Source: the human T2T-CHM13v2.0 reference genome, Homo sapiens
DNA length: 64,000 nucleotides
Strand: one strand, 5' to 3'
NCBI RefSeq assembly: GCF_009914755.1
Contig: NC_060944.1
Shown here: piece after piece, positions 51,607 through 64,000 of the stretch
Layout of the letters: each line of letters opens with the position of its first letter
Position numbering within the stretch: position 1 is the stretch's first letter
Notes under the pieces: generated by a model
The model's input: only the letters and a program-made list of their open reading frames with translations
Databases searched by the model: none
What the model was told of the DNA's origin: nothing
Position numbers and translations under genes: made by a program

Positions 51607-53316
51607 CACTTACAGGGGGTTGGGGGTTTCCAGAGGCCTTGGTTGAGGAGGCAGCGAGTAGGTGGACAGGTGGATTTTGGGTTTGTGGATCAAGAGAAGG
51701 AAGGGAATTCCTGGCTGAGGAACAGCATAAGCAAAGTGTGGAGGAGAGCCTGGGGGCCTTTGGTTTGATTGGAGGGTGCACGCATCCATCCGTGCATGCC
51801 GGGGCAGTGGGCTTGGAGCTGGCGAATAGGGTACAAAGTCCCTGCTCTTTTGGGGATTGCAACGTTAAGCAAGTAATGATACATTTAATTTTTTAATTGC
51901 AGCTGTGATGAACTCTGGGGAATCTGAGCTGCTCAGGGAGCAGGTGCCCGAGGCTTCCCTGAGGGCATAAGTGAAGCTTGAGTAGGAGGCAGTAGGGAAT
52001 GGAAAGAGCACTTCAGGCCTTGAGTACAGCTCCCTTGGGGCCCCTGACATGGGCCAGCATCCAAGGAGCCAAAAGGCCAGTATGTGGCTGTGCTGCAGGC
52101 AACCAGAAGTGGGGCTTGGGAAGTGGCTGAGGAAGTGGGCAGAGGCTGGCCTACATGGGCCCTGCTAGGTGGAGGACATTACTTTGTTCCAAGAGTGACG
52201 AGGCTACTACAAGGTTTTAGCTAGAGTGGGGATGTGTGGGTGGACTTCTGTGTTTAAAAAAGATCCCTCTGCTGGTGGTGGAGAAGGCTTTGCATGTAGC
52301 AGGGGTGAAGGTGAAGGGAGGAAACTGGACTTTGGCCAGCTCTGGACTGTACAACTTGACCAAAATCCCACTTTGCCATCGCCACCATCCTCAGTCCAAC
52401 AGACTCAACAACTCACTCTTTCCCACCTGAGCAGTGTCTCATACAGTCCCTGTTCCTGAGCTCAGCACCCACCTGATTTTCCCACCACCCTTGCTGCCGA
52501 GCACACGTGCATTGGCCCCCAGCCCGCATGCTCTGTGTTCTTCCCAACAGAGCCAAATCCTGTGGAACTGGACCCGGAGAGAACAGGAAGGAGTCAACAA
52601 GATCTTAAGCCTGCTCCAGACCCCTTGCCTGACTTTTGAGAAGGTCAGGGCCCGATTTCTGTTTGTCCCTCCTCCCTGGGCTGGGCGCATCTTCCTGGGA
52701 CAGCCTCCCCCTGGGAGCGGAAGGCTTGGCAGGAGCAGTGGATTGCCTCATTGAGGGAGTGAGTGCCAAGGCACACAGGGCCAAGCGCTTATTCGTGCTG
52801 GAAGCTGCCCTGGCAGCCTGGGTGCCCCGCTGCCAAGAGCTGATTGGAAGGCTGGACGGACATGTTCAATGGTTCCGGGGGCTCACCAGCACACCCTATG
52901 AAGGGCAAATGTGGTTGGGGGCTGGTGACCCCATCAAGCTGAACTCCAGGAGGTCAAGGACAGGGCAGGAGGAGGCTTTGGCCAGCATAGTCTTGGAGAG
53001 GGAATTACTGTCCTGCTACTTTGTACTGTAGCAAACTCTTTGAAAAAGCCACAAGCAATTTTTGCTCTCCCAAAATAGCTGAGAGATTCCATTGGACAAT
53101 TGCTTACCAAGTACCTAATTGGAGCTGGGCTAAGAAAGAGAAATTTTCATCTACTCCTTCAAGGAGCACATGGTCTGATGAGAAAGCCTGACGTATAAAC
53201 CAGTCATTACAGGGCATTGTCCTGTTCAGGTGGTGAGGAGTGACTATGGTGGCACAGGACCCTAGAGGTGGTGGAGACTCCTGCAGCCTGGTGGGTTGGT
53301 CATGCTTCACAGAGGA

Positions 53317-53476
53317 TGCTAGAAAGAGCTAGTCATAAAAAAAGTGCAGCTCTCACTTTTGAAGATCTTAGAGTCCAGAGAGCTAAGCTAAATCCACTAC
53401 AATGTGAGACGAGCCAAGATTCACCTAAAAGTGTCACAGGGACCCTGCTGCTGAGGTTTGGCAGTGGGGAGATCAC
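53317..53476 (+). repeat. Local dispersed duplication of an L2-derived segment, copy 2
   Basis: Direct copy of 51444-51606; the two ORF translations share VQRAKLNPLQC..SPKSVTGTLLLRFGSG. Confidence 0.92.
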
Positions 53477-55169
53477 TTCTTGCAGTGGGTTGGGAGAGCC
53501 AGATTTGGTTTTCCCATGTAGGATTGGGGAAAGACATACATGCAGAGACTAAGTGCTTCTCCAAGAATGCACACATGCTCATTCACAAGTGTTAGTAACC
53601 CACGTAGAAGGTACACATAACCGTGTTGGGACAGGACCCAGGTGGTGCGGTCCCAGAGCAGTGAGCAGAAAGCACCATGAGAACTCAAGCTCTCTGCTCG
53701 AACCCTGTGAAGCCGAAGCGGTCTCTACCCCAATCCCCTGCGATTGGTACCTCCTTTTCCTTCCACTTTCCTCCCATCCTGCAGCAACTCCAGTGTCCCT
53801 CTTCTTCAGACTCCATGAGGAGTTCCTCCTTTTGCATTGCCCTTGCTGCTTCTCTTAATGACTTTCTCTCGGAGACAAGTCCTATGCCACTTGGAACAAA
53901 ACTTCTCCTGTGGCCTAAGCTCTATGTCATCTGTCCCCGGCATGCTGCCTGGCTTCTCTCCTCGCTCTGCCCACTTTGTGGGGACCCTGACAACTCATGA
54001 GCCTTCTGCTGGTTTCTGCATTGCAGGGAAGAGTGCCCATTTAGCGCCTTGGCACTCACCGCACCGTCTTTTGCCCTTTGCCCTCAGATGTGCCTGGGGC
54101 TGAATCTTTCTTATCTCCCAGGTCTGTCTTCATAGACGGCCTCCTACCCCTCCCCTGTGACTCATCATACCACTCTATTCCTTTTCCTTCATTGTGATTT
54201 TCTCTAAAATCACTTCACTCATGTACATATTTTCCTATTTATACCCGTCTCTCACACTGAAATGTCAGTCCCATGACGGCAAGGGGGCCGCTTTCTTATT
54301 CTCCCCTGATCTTACAGCCGTGAATGAAACTTGGGATGTGCTGGGGAGTCAGTCAGTATTTGCTGGACAAGTAACTTGAATACAGTTTCCCTGACACCTG
54401 GGAGGGATAATGTCTTCCTCTTTCATAGCTTTTTTTTCATTACAATCTGCCTGTTTGGCTTTTGTCATTGTTTCCCAGTTATCTTGATTATACATCATAC
54501 AAAAGACTATAGAACAGTCTAGTAAAGGCAAAACCTCTCAGAAGTAGGAGGAAGGGAAGGAAGAGATTGGACAAAGTCAGAACACTTGTTAGCAGGCAGG
54601 AAAGCAGGCAAGGCTGGGCACATGAATGCACTAATATTTTTGTCTGTGTGCAGCTGTGTCTCTGTCTGCACATACATGCCTAGAGCACCCTGATGTGAAT
54701 GGGAGCAGCTGGGATTTGGTGTTTTGGGTGACTGGCTGGGCTCTGGTGAGAGGTGGGTTTGTTCCCATCTTGCTCATTAGCTGGTCAACTTTTCTTGCTC
54801 TGTGATCTTTAGAATGAGGGGGTAGCAAATTGGTTTTAGCTCAGGTGCTAAATCTTACTGGGAATGATTGCCTTGGAAGTCCAGGTAAAGCTGGCTTCCG
54901 CTGCCCAGCGCAGCAGGGAGGAGTGCTGGGGCCAGGCCGCACTGTCTACCCTGAGTGTAGGAAGGAGAGAAGGGGCACCGTATTGTGATGTGGCTGCATT
55001 AGATAATCCCTGAAGCACTGTTGGCTCTAAAATTCCAAAAGTCTCCCCTCCTTTGGGAATGGTAAGAGATGGGTTGGAGACCCTGAGTGAAAGGAACAAT
55101 TCTCCTCCTCTGGGAAGACTTCATCTTCAGAGTCTGGCCTTGAGACACGTGCCAGAAAGCCCCTCCTAG

Positions 55170-55316
55170 AGAGGAAGGAGTAGGGTCCACCCAAAGGTAC
55201 ATGATGAGTTGTGTGCTCCCCCTCATGCTCAACCGAAGACTAAAGAGGAAGAAGTAGGGTCCACCTAAAGGGTACATGATGAGTTGTGTGCTCCCCCTCA
55301 TGCTCAACCGAAGACT
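55170..55316 (+). repeat. Two-copy tandem duplication (~74-bp unit)
   Basis: agaggaag(g/a)agtagggtccacc(c/t)aaag(g)gtacatgatgagttgtgtgctccccctcatgctcaaccgaagact occurs twice. Confidence 0.95.
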
Positions 55317-55349
55317 GAAATTCCCAGCGCTTAGAAGCAAGTCCCGTAA

Positions 55350-56145
<796 letters not shown>

Positions 56146-56199
56146 TCTCAACTAAATATTTTTTTAAAAAGAAGAAAGAACTTTAAAACCATTCTTTAA

Positions 56200-56566
56200 A
56201 ATTTTATTTTAATTTTTTACTTTTTATGGGCACATGGTAGGTGTATATATTTATGGGATACGTGGGATATTTGGATACAGGCATGCAGTGTTTAATAACC
56301 ACATCAGGGTAAATGGTGCATCCATCACCTCAAGCATTTATCATCTCTTTGTGTTATAAACATTCTGATTATACTCTTTTAATTTTTAAATGTGCTATAA
56401 ATTATTGTTGACTGTAGTCATCCTGTTGTGCTATCAAATTCTAGCTTATTCATTCTAACTATAGTTTTGTACCCATTAACCATCCCCACTTTCCCGCCCA
56501 CTCCCCTACCCTCTTATCTCTGTGAGTTCAATTGTTTTAATTTTTACCTCCCACAAATGAGCGAGA
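56200..56566 (-). mobile_element. L1MA/L1PB 3'-terminal fragment
   Basis: tttttatgggcacatggtaggtgtatatatttatggg..ccatcacctcaagcatttatc..tttgtacccattaaccatcccc..ctcccacaaatgagcgag. Confidence 0.85.
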
Positions 56567-58029
56567 AAGAAGAAAACAAAATTAAAAACTAAAATGAAAA
56601 CAAGTCCTACTGAAAGTGTGGGGGCGGATCCGTGTGCTAAGGGAAGAGGGAAATGAGGCTAGGCTCACTCTTTCCTCCGGCTGTGGATGGGATTCTGAAC
56701 TCTGGCTTGGGAGGCGAATTGGGTGGCTTATCATTTGAGAGCCCTGCCACCTTCCAAAAAGGATTTGAGGGGACTTACAGTGAGAACATACTCAGAGGAT
56801 AGACAGTGAGAAATAAAACCAGAGTGAAAGGTCATAGGCCACCAAAAGGAAGAGAAAACCAAACCCTGGGAAGGGCCAGGGTCTCTCAGACCAGGACTTG
56901 GATTCAAGGAACAGTCATCATTTGGTTTCATAAGGACAAAGGATTCTTGGCTTGGAGAAGAGTTGGCAGAGGCTAATATACAAATCTGTGTTTAAATCTG
57001 TTTATTGAAATGTTTAAACATATTGTTTTTGTAAATACATCCAACAGACACTGATTAGCCAGCCCCCCAAGTGATGGGTGTGGCAGGGTCCCAGCCCTGC
57101 CATTTTGTTCCCCATCTGGGCCAGTAAACTCTTCCCTTTAAAAAAACAAATAAGAAAGCAAACTCCTTACATAAGAAACTTCTGGGGCTGCAAGGAGGGG
57201 GAACCAGCTTTTCTTGTTGTAGCTGAAATATAAACATTTTTTCTTTCTGGTCCTGAAAAATTAATCTACAAAAACAGTGGGTGACACCAAAGAAATCACT
57301 TCAGGTGCTGGAAATGATTTCATTTTCTCACTCTATGATTAAAAGTCGGTAGCCAAGTGCTCAGGAGCCACATCACATCTTCCTAAGCAGGAATGTACCA
57401 CACCCTGCTCTCCTCTGGCTTTGCTTCTGTTCCTCAGGCGCTTTCATTATCTGTGATGCAGTGAGACTGGCCCGTGGCGACAGGGAGCTGCAGAAGGCGA
57501 TTACTCCGGGGGAGCATTGGGCACTGAGAGGTTGTGTGCCTTTCCCCCAGGACCCAACAGTCACAGCCTGGCGTGCGCAGGAAGCCAGCTTGATGGAGCC
57601 ATCTCCGTCAATGTGACGGGAGCATTTCCAGAAAGGGTCCAGGGGGCATTTATTTCCAAACAGTCTGTGCTGCACAGGGAGAGGGGACGAGGCAACAGGT
57701 CAGCAGAGGTGAGGGGAGGACAGGATGCAGGGAACTTGTTTGTGGGTCAGGAGGACATTGTCTTGGCAAAGTTCTGCCCACTCTGTGCCCACTGAACCAC
57801 AGGTGATGGTGACGTGGATTGTCTGTTTTCTCTTTCTCACTTAGCCTTCCCTGGAGGAGTTTGGGCTGGAGAGATCAACCCAAACCCAGGCCATCCCTTT
57901 TGTTCAAAGTATCAGACCATTCAGACCTGCAGTCAGCCCATTTCCCAAAGGCTGGTATGCACCCCCTGGGGGCACTTTTGTTTGGTTTTTAACTTTTTAC
58001 CTCATTTATTTGACATTAGGAGGGACTTT

Positions 58030-58280
58030 TTCTTTTTAATAAACTTTTTATTTTGGAATCGTTTGAGATGTACAGAAAAGCTGCACAGTTAGCACAGAAA
58101 TTCCCACATCCCTTCAGCCAGTGAACCCCCACCCCGCAGCATCTTACATGCGCACGGGGCATTTGTCATGACTAAGAAACGCAGGTGGGTACATTCCTAT
58201 GAAGTAAACTCCAGACTTTATGTGCACGTCACCAGTCTGTCAACTGATGTCTCTTTCTGTTCCAGGATCCAAGCCAGGGT
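58030..58280 (-). mobile_element. L1MC-type 3' end fragment
   Basis: aaactttttattttggaatcgtttgagatgtacagaaaagctgca..gtaaactccagacttta..ctttctgttccaggatcc. Confidence 0.7.
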
Positions 58281-58935
58281 GGGTGGTGATTTTTCATATA
58301 ACTTTTTTCAAGTGCCATAATTATGGAGTTATTTTAATGAATATTACAAAAAATATCACATCAATTATTATAGCTTGGGACAAATTAAATGATAAAAGCA
58401 AGTCAATTTGAAGAGGTGTGTTATGAAAATAAATACAGATGACTTGTGGTACAGCCCTTTACTTCACAGACCCACCAAGAAGCTCAGGCTTGCTTAACAC
58501 CAAGCAAATCCCTAACAAAGTCCTGGTGGGGCTGAGATAAGGACTAGCAACCCAGTACCCCTTCCATGGCCCAACAGCGCCCCTCTCCCTGTTTGGATGC
58601 TGCAGAAGGGAGGAAGGAGGTGGAGAGGAGAGGAACTCTCAGTGGGAATAAAGTTTCCTTTTCAATTATTCAGCTGATCCTTGACCCCCATTACCATGGA
58701 TAATCAAAAACGGGGTGGATGCATCATGCCTTAAATAAAAACATCGCTGAGGTGGCCCTGAGGATGTGCAAGCAGATAATTGCATGGGGTGTTCATCCAA
58801 TGACACTCCAGGGGGAGGTACTTTCCTATATGCACGGAGATGAGAGCGGTGGCCCTCAGCACAATGTCGCACATCTGAGGAGTGTTACTTCCTGAGGGGG
58901 GCTCCTCAGGTTCAGCTTCCTGTTCCCTCGCACAG

Positions 58936-59178
58936 GGCTGGTGATGATCAACCTCTTCTGACAATGGAGAGAGCATGCGGTGGATGTTAGGGGAACCAAA
59001 CCCCAAGAGGGAACCAGCTTCAGTGGAAAGCGGAGTGCGTGCCTCCCCGAGGCAGGGCATTGCTGAGCCCCAGAGAGGAGCCCTGGGTTCCGCTGCCTCC
59101 CCCACAGGACAAGGCATGACAGCACCTGCATTGGAATATAGACTGTGCTTTGGAGCCTTTGGCATCAGCTTCCACCTG
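58936..59178 (+). other. Candidate ~243-nt internal non-coding exon
   Basis: Acceptor cttcctgttccctcgcaCAG| at 58935; tandem donors CTG|GTGCGT (after 59178) and TGC|GTAAGT (after 59182). Confidence 0.4.
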
Positions 59179-60379
59179 GTGCGTAAGTCTGTGGTCTCTC
59201 CAGCAAGTTCAGGGAAGTGAGGGAGTCGCAGTTCTCTGTCATTCAGCAGGTGTGGACTGAGGGCTGGCTCTGTGCCAGGCCCTGTGCTGGATGCTGGGTT
59301 CCATTGTGAGGCCAGGCACAGCCAAGGCAGAGACGAACATTCCTACAGTCGCTCACGACACCAAGCTCCACAGACCAGAGAATGGACGGATCCACAGGAA
59401 CGAAAGACAGGCTGTCAGGTGCCCAGCCCTGGGGAGACTCCAGAAGAGGAGAGAGGACCACCCATCATGGCTGACCTTGGGAGGACTTGGGTCTTCACAA
59501 ATTGTGTTCCTTGGTATATATAAGAGGGTTAAAATAGACACAAGAAATATCCATCTATTCCCATTCATTTATTTGACACATACTCTTGGGGCCATGAGTT
59601 CAATTCCCAGAAGAGGATCATGATGGTGGGGGGAGGAAGGATGTGGCGAGGGGCCGTGCAGGAGCCCAGGGGGCTTGTCTCATGGACGCTCTTGATCGAA
59701 TTCCTCTGAGGCCCCAGAGGTGCTCCTTCATCCCCAGCTTGCTTGTGAGGCTGCGTTGGCTCCCCAAGGCCGAGTTTCCTGCTGAGACCCAGCCACACAC
59801 TTAGCCCTGAGTGTACCAGGTGGCTCCACTCAGAGCGCTGCTCCAGCCCCTCTCCCTGGGGCTTCCTGCCACGTGACTGCACATTTGGGGTCTGGAGAAG
59901 GGCCCAGGGACTGAACTGCAAAGGTGAAGGGTGTCCCTGCTCCTCCTGACCACAGCTTCTGGACTGGCATGTGTGTCTGATGGTGCAAGACCAGAGGGGC
60001 ATGGCCAATGAGAGAGTTATTCTTTCTACCCGTGAGTCTCCCTCGGACACACAGGATTTCTCATGTCTCCTCCTGGTTTTGCTGCTTTTTTTTTTTTTTT
60101 CTAGCTGCATGAGGTAGTTTTGTTTGAAAGAATAGTCAATGCAGACTGCAGTTTTCCGAATGAGGCTTGCTCTTGGCAAGTGAGTGAGATATCTTTGTGT
60201 TTGTTTGTTTCCTTCAGAAAAAAGGGCCTGAGAAAGCAAGTTAACAATTCTTTGGAAATGATTTTTCTTTTTCTTTGGTGACTGTTGCCACATGCTTAGT
60301 TCATTGGTTATTGGTTGCATGCTCTGGAGAGTCTATCTGTACCATGGTGCTTAGAAAAATTAGAATGGGAGTGATGGAT

Positions 60380-60555
60380 TTATTTGTTATATTGAATTGA
60401 TATAACTCACATACCATGCAATTCACCCTTTTAAAGTGTCGGATTCAGTGGCTTCTAGTATATTCACAAGGTTGTGCAACCATCACTGTGATCTAATTCC
60501 AGAACATTTTCAACACCCCCAAAGAAACCCCATACATTACAGTCACTCTCACTGT
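60380..60555 (-). mobile_element. L1MB-type 3' end fragment
   Basis: gatataactcacataccatgcaattcacccttttaaagtg..tattcacaaggttgtgcaaccatcac..tccagaacattttcaacacccc. Confidence 0.8.
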
Positions 60556-60556
60556 C

Positions 60557-60844
60557 TTTGTTTTTTTTTGTTTTTTTTTGAGATGGAGTCCCGCTCTGTA
60601 GTCCGGGCTGGAGTGCAGTGGCATGATCTCAGCTTGCTGCAACCTCTGGCTCCTGGGTTCAAGCTATTATCCTGCCTCAGCCTCCTGAGTACCTGGGACT
60701 ACAGGTGTGCACCACCACACCCGGCTAATTTTTTGTATTTTTAGTAGAAATGGGGTTTCACCATGTTGGCCAGGCTAGTCTCAAACTCCTGGCCTCAAGT
60801 GATCCGCCTGCCTTGGCCTCCCAAAGTGCTGGGATTACAGGCAT
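60557..60844 (-). mobile_element. Alu (AluS-type) lacking its first ~20 nt
   Basis: T-tail, gagatggagtcccgctctg...ctcccaaagtgctgggattacaggcat, then an abrupt switch to L1. Confidence 0.93.
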
Positions 60845-60851
60845 GGGATTA

Positions 60852-62294
60852 CATGTTGCTGCATGGATACATGATTTTATTATTTTTATGGCTTTGTATA
60901 TTCCGTGGTGTATATATGCCACTTTTTCTTCATCCAGTCTACCGTTGACAGGCACCCAGGTTGATTCCATGCCTTTGCTATTTGTGAATAGTGCTGTGAT
61001 AAACATACGAGTGCAGGTGTCTTTTTGGTAGAATGATTTATCTTCCTTTGGGTAGATACCCAGTAATGAGATTGCTGGGTCGAATGGTAGTTCTACTTTT
61101 AGTCCTTTAAGAAATATCCAAACTGTTTTCCACAGGGGTTGAACTAATTTACATTCCCACCAACAATGTGTGAGTGTTCCCTTTTTTTTCTGCAACCTCA
61201 CCAACATCTGTTATTTTTTGACTTTTTAGTCATAGCCATTCTGACTGCTGTGAGATGGTATCTCATTGTGGTTTTGATTTGCATTTCTCTGATAATCAGA
61301 GATGATGAGCATTTTTAAAATATGCTTGTTGGCTGCTTGCATGTCTTCTTTTGAGAAGTGTCTCTTCATGACCTTTGCTCACTTTTTAATGGTTTTGTTG
61401 TTGTTTGTTTAAGTTCCTTATAGATTCTGAATATTAGACCTCTGTTGGCTGCATAGTTTGCAAATCGTTTCTCCCATTCCATAGGTTGTCTGTTTACATT
61501 GTTGATTATTTCTTTTGCTACATAGAAACACTTTGGTTTAATTAGGTACCAGTTGTCAATATTTATTTTTGTTGCATTTGCTTTTGAGGACTTAGTCTTA
61601 AATTCTTTGTCTAGGCTGACATTCAGAAGAGTATTTCCTTGGTTTTCTTGTAGGATTTTTATAGTTTGAAGTCTTACATTTAAGTATTTAATTCATTTTG
61701 GGTTAATTTTTGTATATATTGAGAGGTAAGAGTCCAGTTTCATTCTGGAATTAGAGTGGCACTAATCACTCTATTCAACATTCTTCTGCATATGGTTAGC
61801 TAGTTTCCCCAGCACCATTTATTGAATAGGGGGTCCTTTCTTTCACTGTTTATTTTTGTTGACTTTGTTGAAAATCAGTTGGTTTTAGGTGTGCAGCTTT
61901 ATTTCTGGGTTCTCTATTCTGTTCCATTGGTCTGTGTGTCTATTTTTATACCAATACCATGCTGTGTTGGTTATTGTGGCCTTGTAGTATAGTTTGAAGT
62001 CAGATAATGTGATGCCTCTGGCTTTGTTATTTTTGCTTAGGATTGCTTTGGCTATTCGGGCTCCTTTTTGGTTCCATATGAATTCTGGAATAGTTTTTTT
62101 CTAATTCTGTGAAAAATGACATTGGTAATTTGATAGGAATAGTGTTGAATTGCTTTGAGCAGTATGGACATTTTAATGATATTGAGTCTTATAATCCATG
62201 AGCATGGAGTGTTTTATCATTTGTTTGTTTTCTTTCAGTAGTATTTTGTAGTTCTCCTTGTAGAGATCTTTCACCTCCTTGGTTAGATGTATTC

Positions 62295-62335
<41 letters not shown>

Positions 62336-62625
62336 GCTATTGTAAATGGGATTGTGTTCTTGATTTGGCTCTCGGCTTGAACATTACTGGTGTATAGAAA
62401 TGCTACTGATTTTTGTACATTGATTTTTGTATCCTTAAACTACTGAAGTCATTCATTGGGTCTAGGAGTCTTTTGGTGGCAACTTTAGGGTTTTCTAGAT
62501 ATAGAATCATATCATCAGTGAAGAGAGATAACTTGACTTCCTCTTTTCCTATTTGGATGCCTTTTATTTCTTTCTCTTGCCTGATTGCTCTGGCTAGGAT
62601 TTTCAGTACTATGTTGAATAGAGTG
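60852..62625 (-). mobile_element. 5'-truncated L1 (L1PB/L1MA-like): ORF2 3' part plus partial 3'UTR
   Basis: Minus-strand ORF2p peptides [37 protein letters not shown] and [46 protein letters not shown] (RT domain). Confidence 0.95.
62298..62334. repeat. (GT)n microsatellite inside the L1
   Basis: Uninterrupted run of about 18 GT units. Confidence 0.95.
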
Positions 62626-62979
62626 ATCAGTGCCATATCTTAAAAATAAAACCTAATTCAAACAAATCCATGTTGAACAAAATATCACCATTTTACATAA
62701 AGACAGCATCGCAGAAATCTTTCACTGGGACCTCCCACCATAGTCAATTGCAGTGGAAATGCTCATTCTGGGCCCTCAGGAACCTCTGGGGTTACATGTG
62801 GAGGTTCTGCAAACACTTGTTCCATCCACATCTCCAGGAAAACGACCACCTAGGCTCTAATTCTTAAACTTGCCTGCACAGAACAACCTCATCTCTAATG
62901 CAATGTTTTTTTGCACACCTACATTTCTGGGCAGCAAGCTCTTTATAGGTTGTTAGGTCAATAGTAACAATTACTAAAG

Positions 62980-63489
62980 AGCTGAGCGGTGGCTCTTTTT
63001 TTTTTTTTTTCGTGTCTGCTTCTATCTCTTCCTGTTTTCTAAGGGTTGCTACCGTGACGTTAGGTAATGTATAGGAAATAATTTACTTCCTATTTCTGGG
63101 CCATACCAAGTTTTATCTCTGCTTGAGTCTCTTCCAGGTTGCTTGAAATGGTGCTTTTCTCAGTTAAACGTGGACTTGACATAAAGGCCAAGCCACAGGA
63201 GGCTGCCCTCTTTTATTTTATTTTATTTTCTAAGGCTCAGGGAGCATCTCTCCGTTCTCTGAGATGCTGCCTGCAGAGTAGGAACTGGGAGAGAACACTA
63301 AAATGCCCTCTCAGCAAAGAGTAGCGAGCTCCCTACAGAGAGTGAGAGCACGGGCTCTTGAGCTCATCTCTTCTCTGTGGGGCCAGCCCAGTGGTCCTTT
63401 CTGGACCTGTGGGTGTCTTCTCTGGGCAACCAGATCATTGTGTTTGAATCAGAGCATCATTGGCTGAAAACACTCCACTGTTTATAAAG
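62980..63489 (+). promoter_or_regulatory. Candidate promoter and non-coding first exon ending at a strong donor (possibly ZNF831)
   Basis: Unique sequence with CTTCCTG (ETS), X-box-like GTTGCTACCGTGAC overlapping TGACGT (CRE half-site), inverted ATAGGAA/TTCCTAT pair at 63071-63093, and donor AAG|GTATGT after 63489. Confidence 0.4.
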
Positions 63490-64000
63490 GTATGTAACAT
63501 GCTCCATGACATAAGCATATATAAAATGTCAGTTAAAAAAAAACTCTTTTACTCTATGTTCTTAATGATATATTTATCTTCAAGCACGCAGTTAAAGGGA
63601 AAATGCTACGTAAAACTGTGTGTGACCCAGTTCAAGTAATTCTCTCATGTGCTTAATACTGCTGTTGCTTTTGTCAAAATATTTACTACAATTCAAAATG
63701 GCTGTCAGAAACCAGGTCCACAATCCATGTTCTACTAAACAGAAAAACATTTATAAGAAAATTTATTGCTTTATAAACTGTTTTTTTTCCCAGTGATGAA
63801 CCTAATTAAACTGAAAGTGTGAATTGGTTAGAACATATTAGCCCAAGTATGTGTGGTATATATATACACATATATATGTATGTTTTATTAGGCCAAGTTT
63901 TTTATTTGTATATAATATAATTGAAATATCAAGGTATTTGATAGAGCTACTATTTATAGCAATTCTACTGATCAGCCACCCAAGGGTAGCATTTTTCAAT

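Noticed and set aside
55201-55318. Box C (ATGATGA) ... box D (CTGA) snoRNA-like arrangement
   Set aside because: No terminal stem and no recognisable rRNA/snRNA guide; the pattern is explained by the tandem duplication
58570-58592. Possible CTCF site (cagcgcccctctccc)
   Set aside because: Spacing of the core does not fit the CCASYAGRKGGCR consensus
59565-60320. Longest non-repeat ORF (251 aa, minus strand)
   Set aside because: No recognisable domain, Lys runs come from poly-T tracts, and there is no supporting gene structure; consistent with a chance ORF
60758-62636. L1 ORF2 peptides as an active retrotransposon
   Set aside because: 5'-truncated, frameshifted, internally deleted and lacking ORF1, promoter and tail

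Overview
Human non-coding genomic DNA. The AluYg6 copy at 47701 carries all six recalled subfamily diagnostics, and AluYg6 is human-lineage-specific. The window is dominated by interspersed repeats (Alu, L1, L2, MIR, MLT1/MaLR LTRs, and the DNA transposons MER20, MER5, MER53, MADE1 and a Tc2-type element). I see no intact protein-coding exon, tRNA, rRNA or CRISPR array. The only gene-derived sequence is a full-length processed pseudogene of mitochondrial ribosomal protein S16 (12177-14148, + strand, TSD-flanked, premature CGA>TGA stop). From memory only, not verified, this fits MRPS16P2 at 20q13.32 upstream of ZNF831. Four + strand splice-signal-defined segments (donors after 22607, 45675, 59178 and 63489) could be alternative non-coding 5' exons of a downstream gene. 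The most unusual unexplained structures are: (1) an old ~150-bp module present twice (16698 and 21105) in which paired RFX X-box motifs are the best-preserved part; (2) a very homogeneous 13 x 48-bp CpG-containing VNTR with a CRE-like and a MYB/E-box motif in every unit; (3) several short local templated copies, including a 25-bp inverted copy of an L1 truncation junction inserted inside the same L1; (4) a four-element nested transposon stack containing a miR-548-type MADE1 hairpin. I found no evidence for a new multi-gene system. Repeat subfamily calls are by-eye recognitions and their boundaries are approximate.
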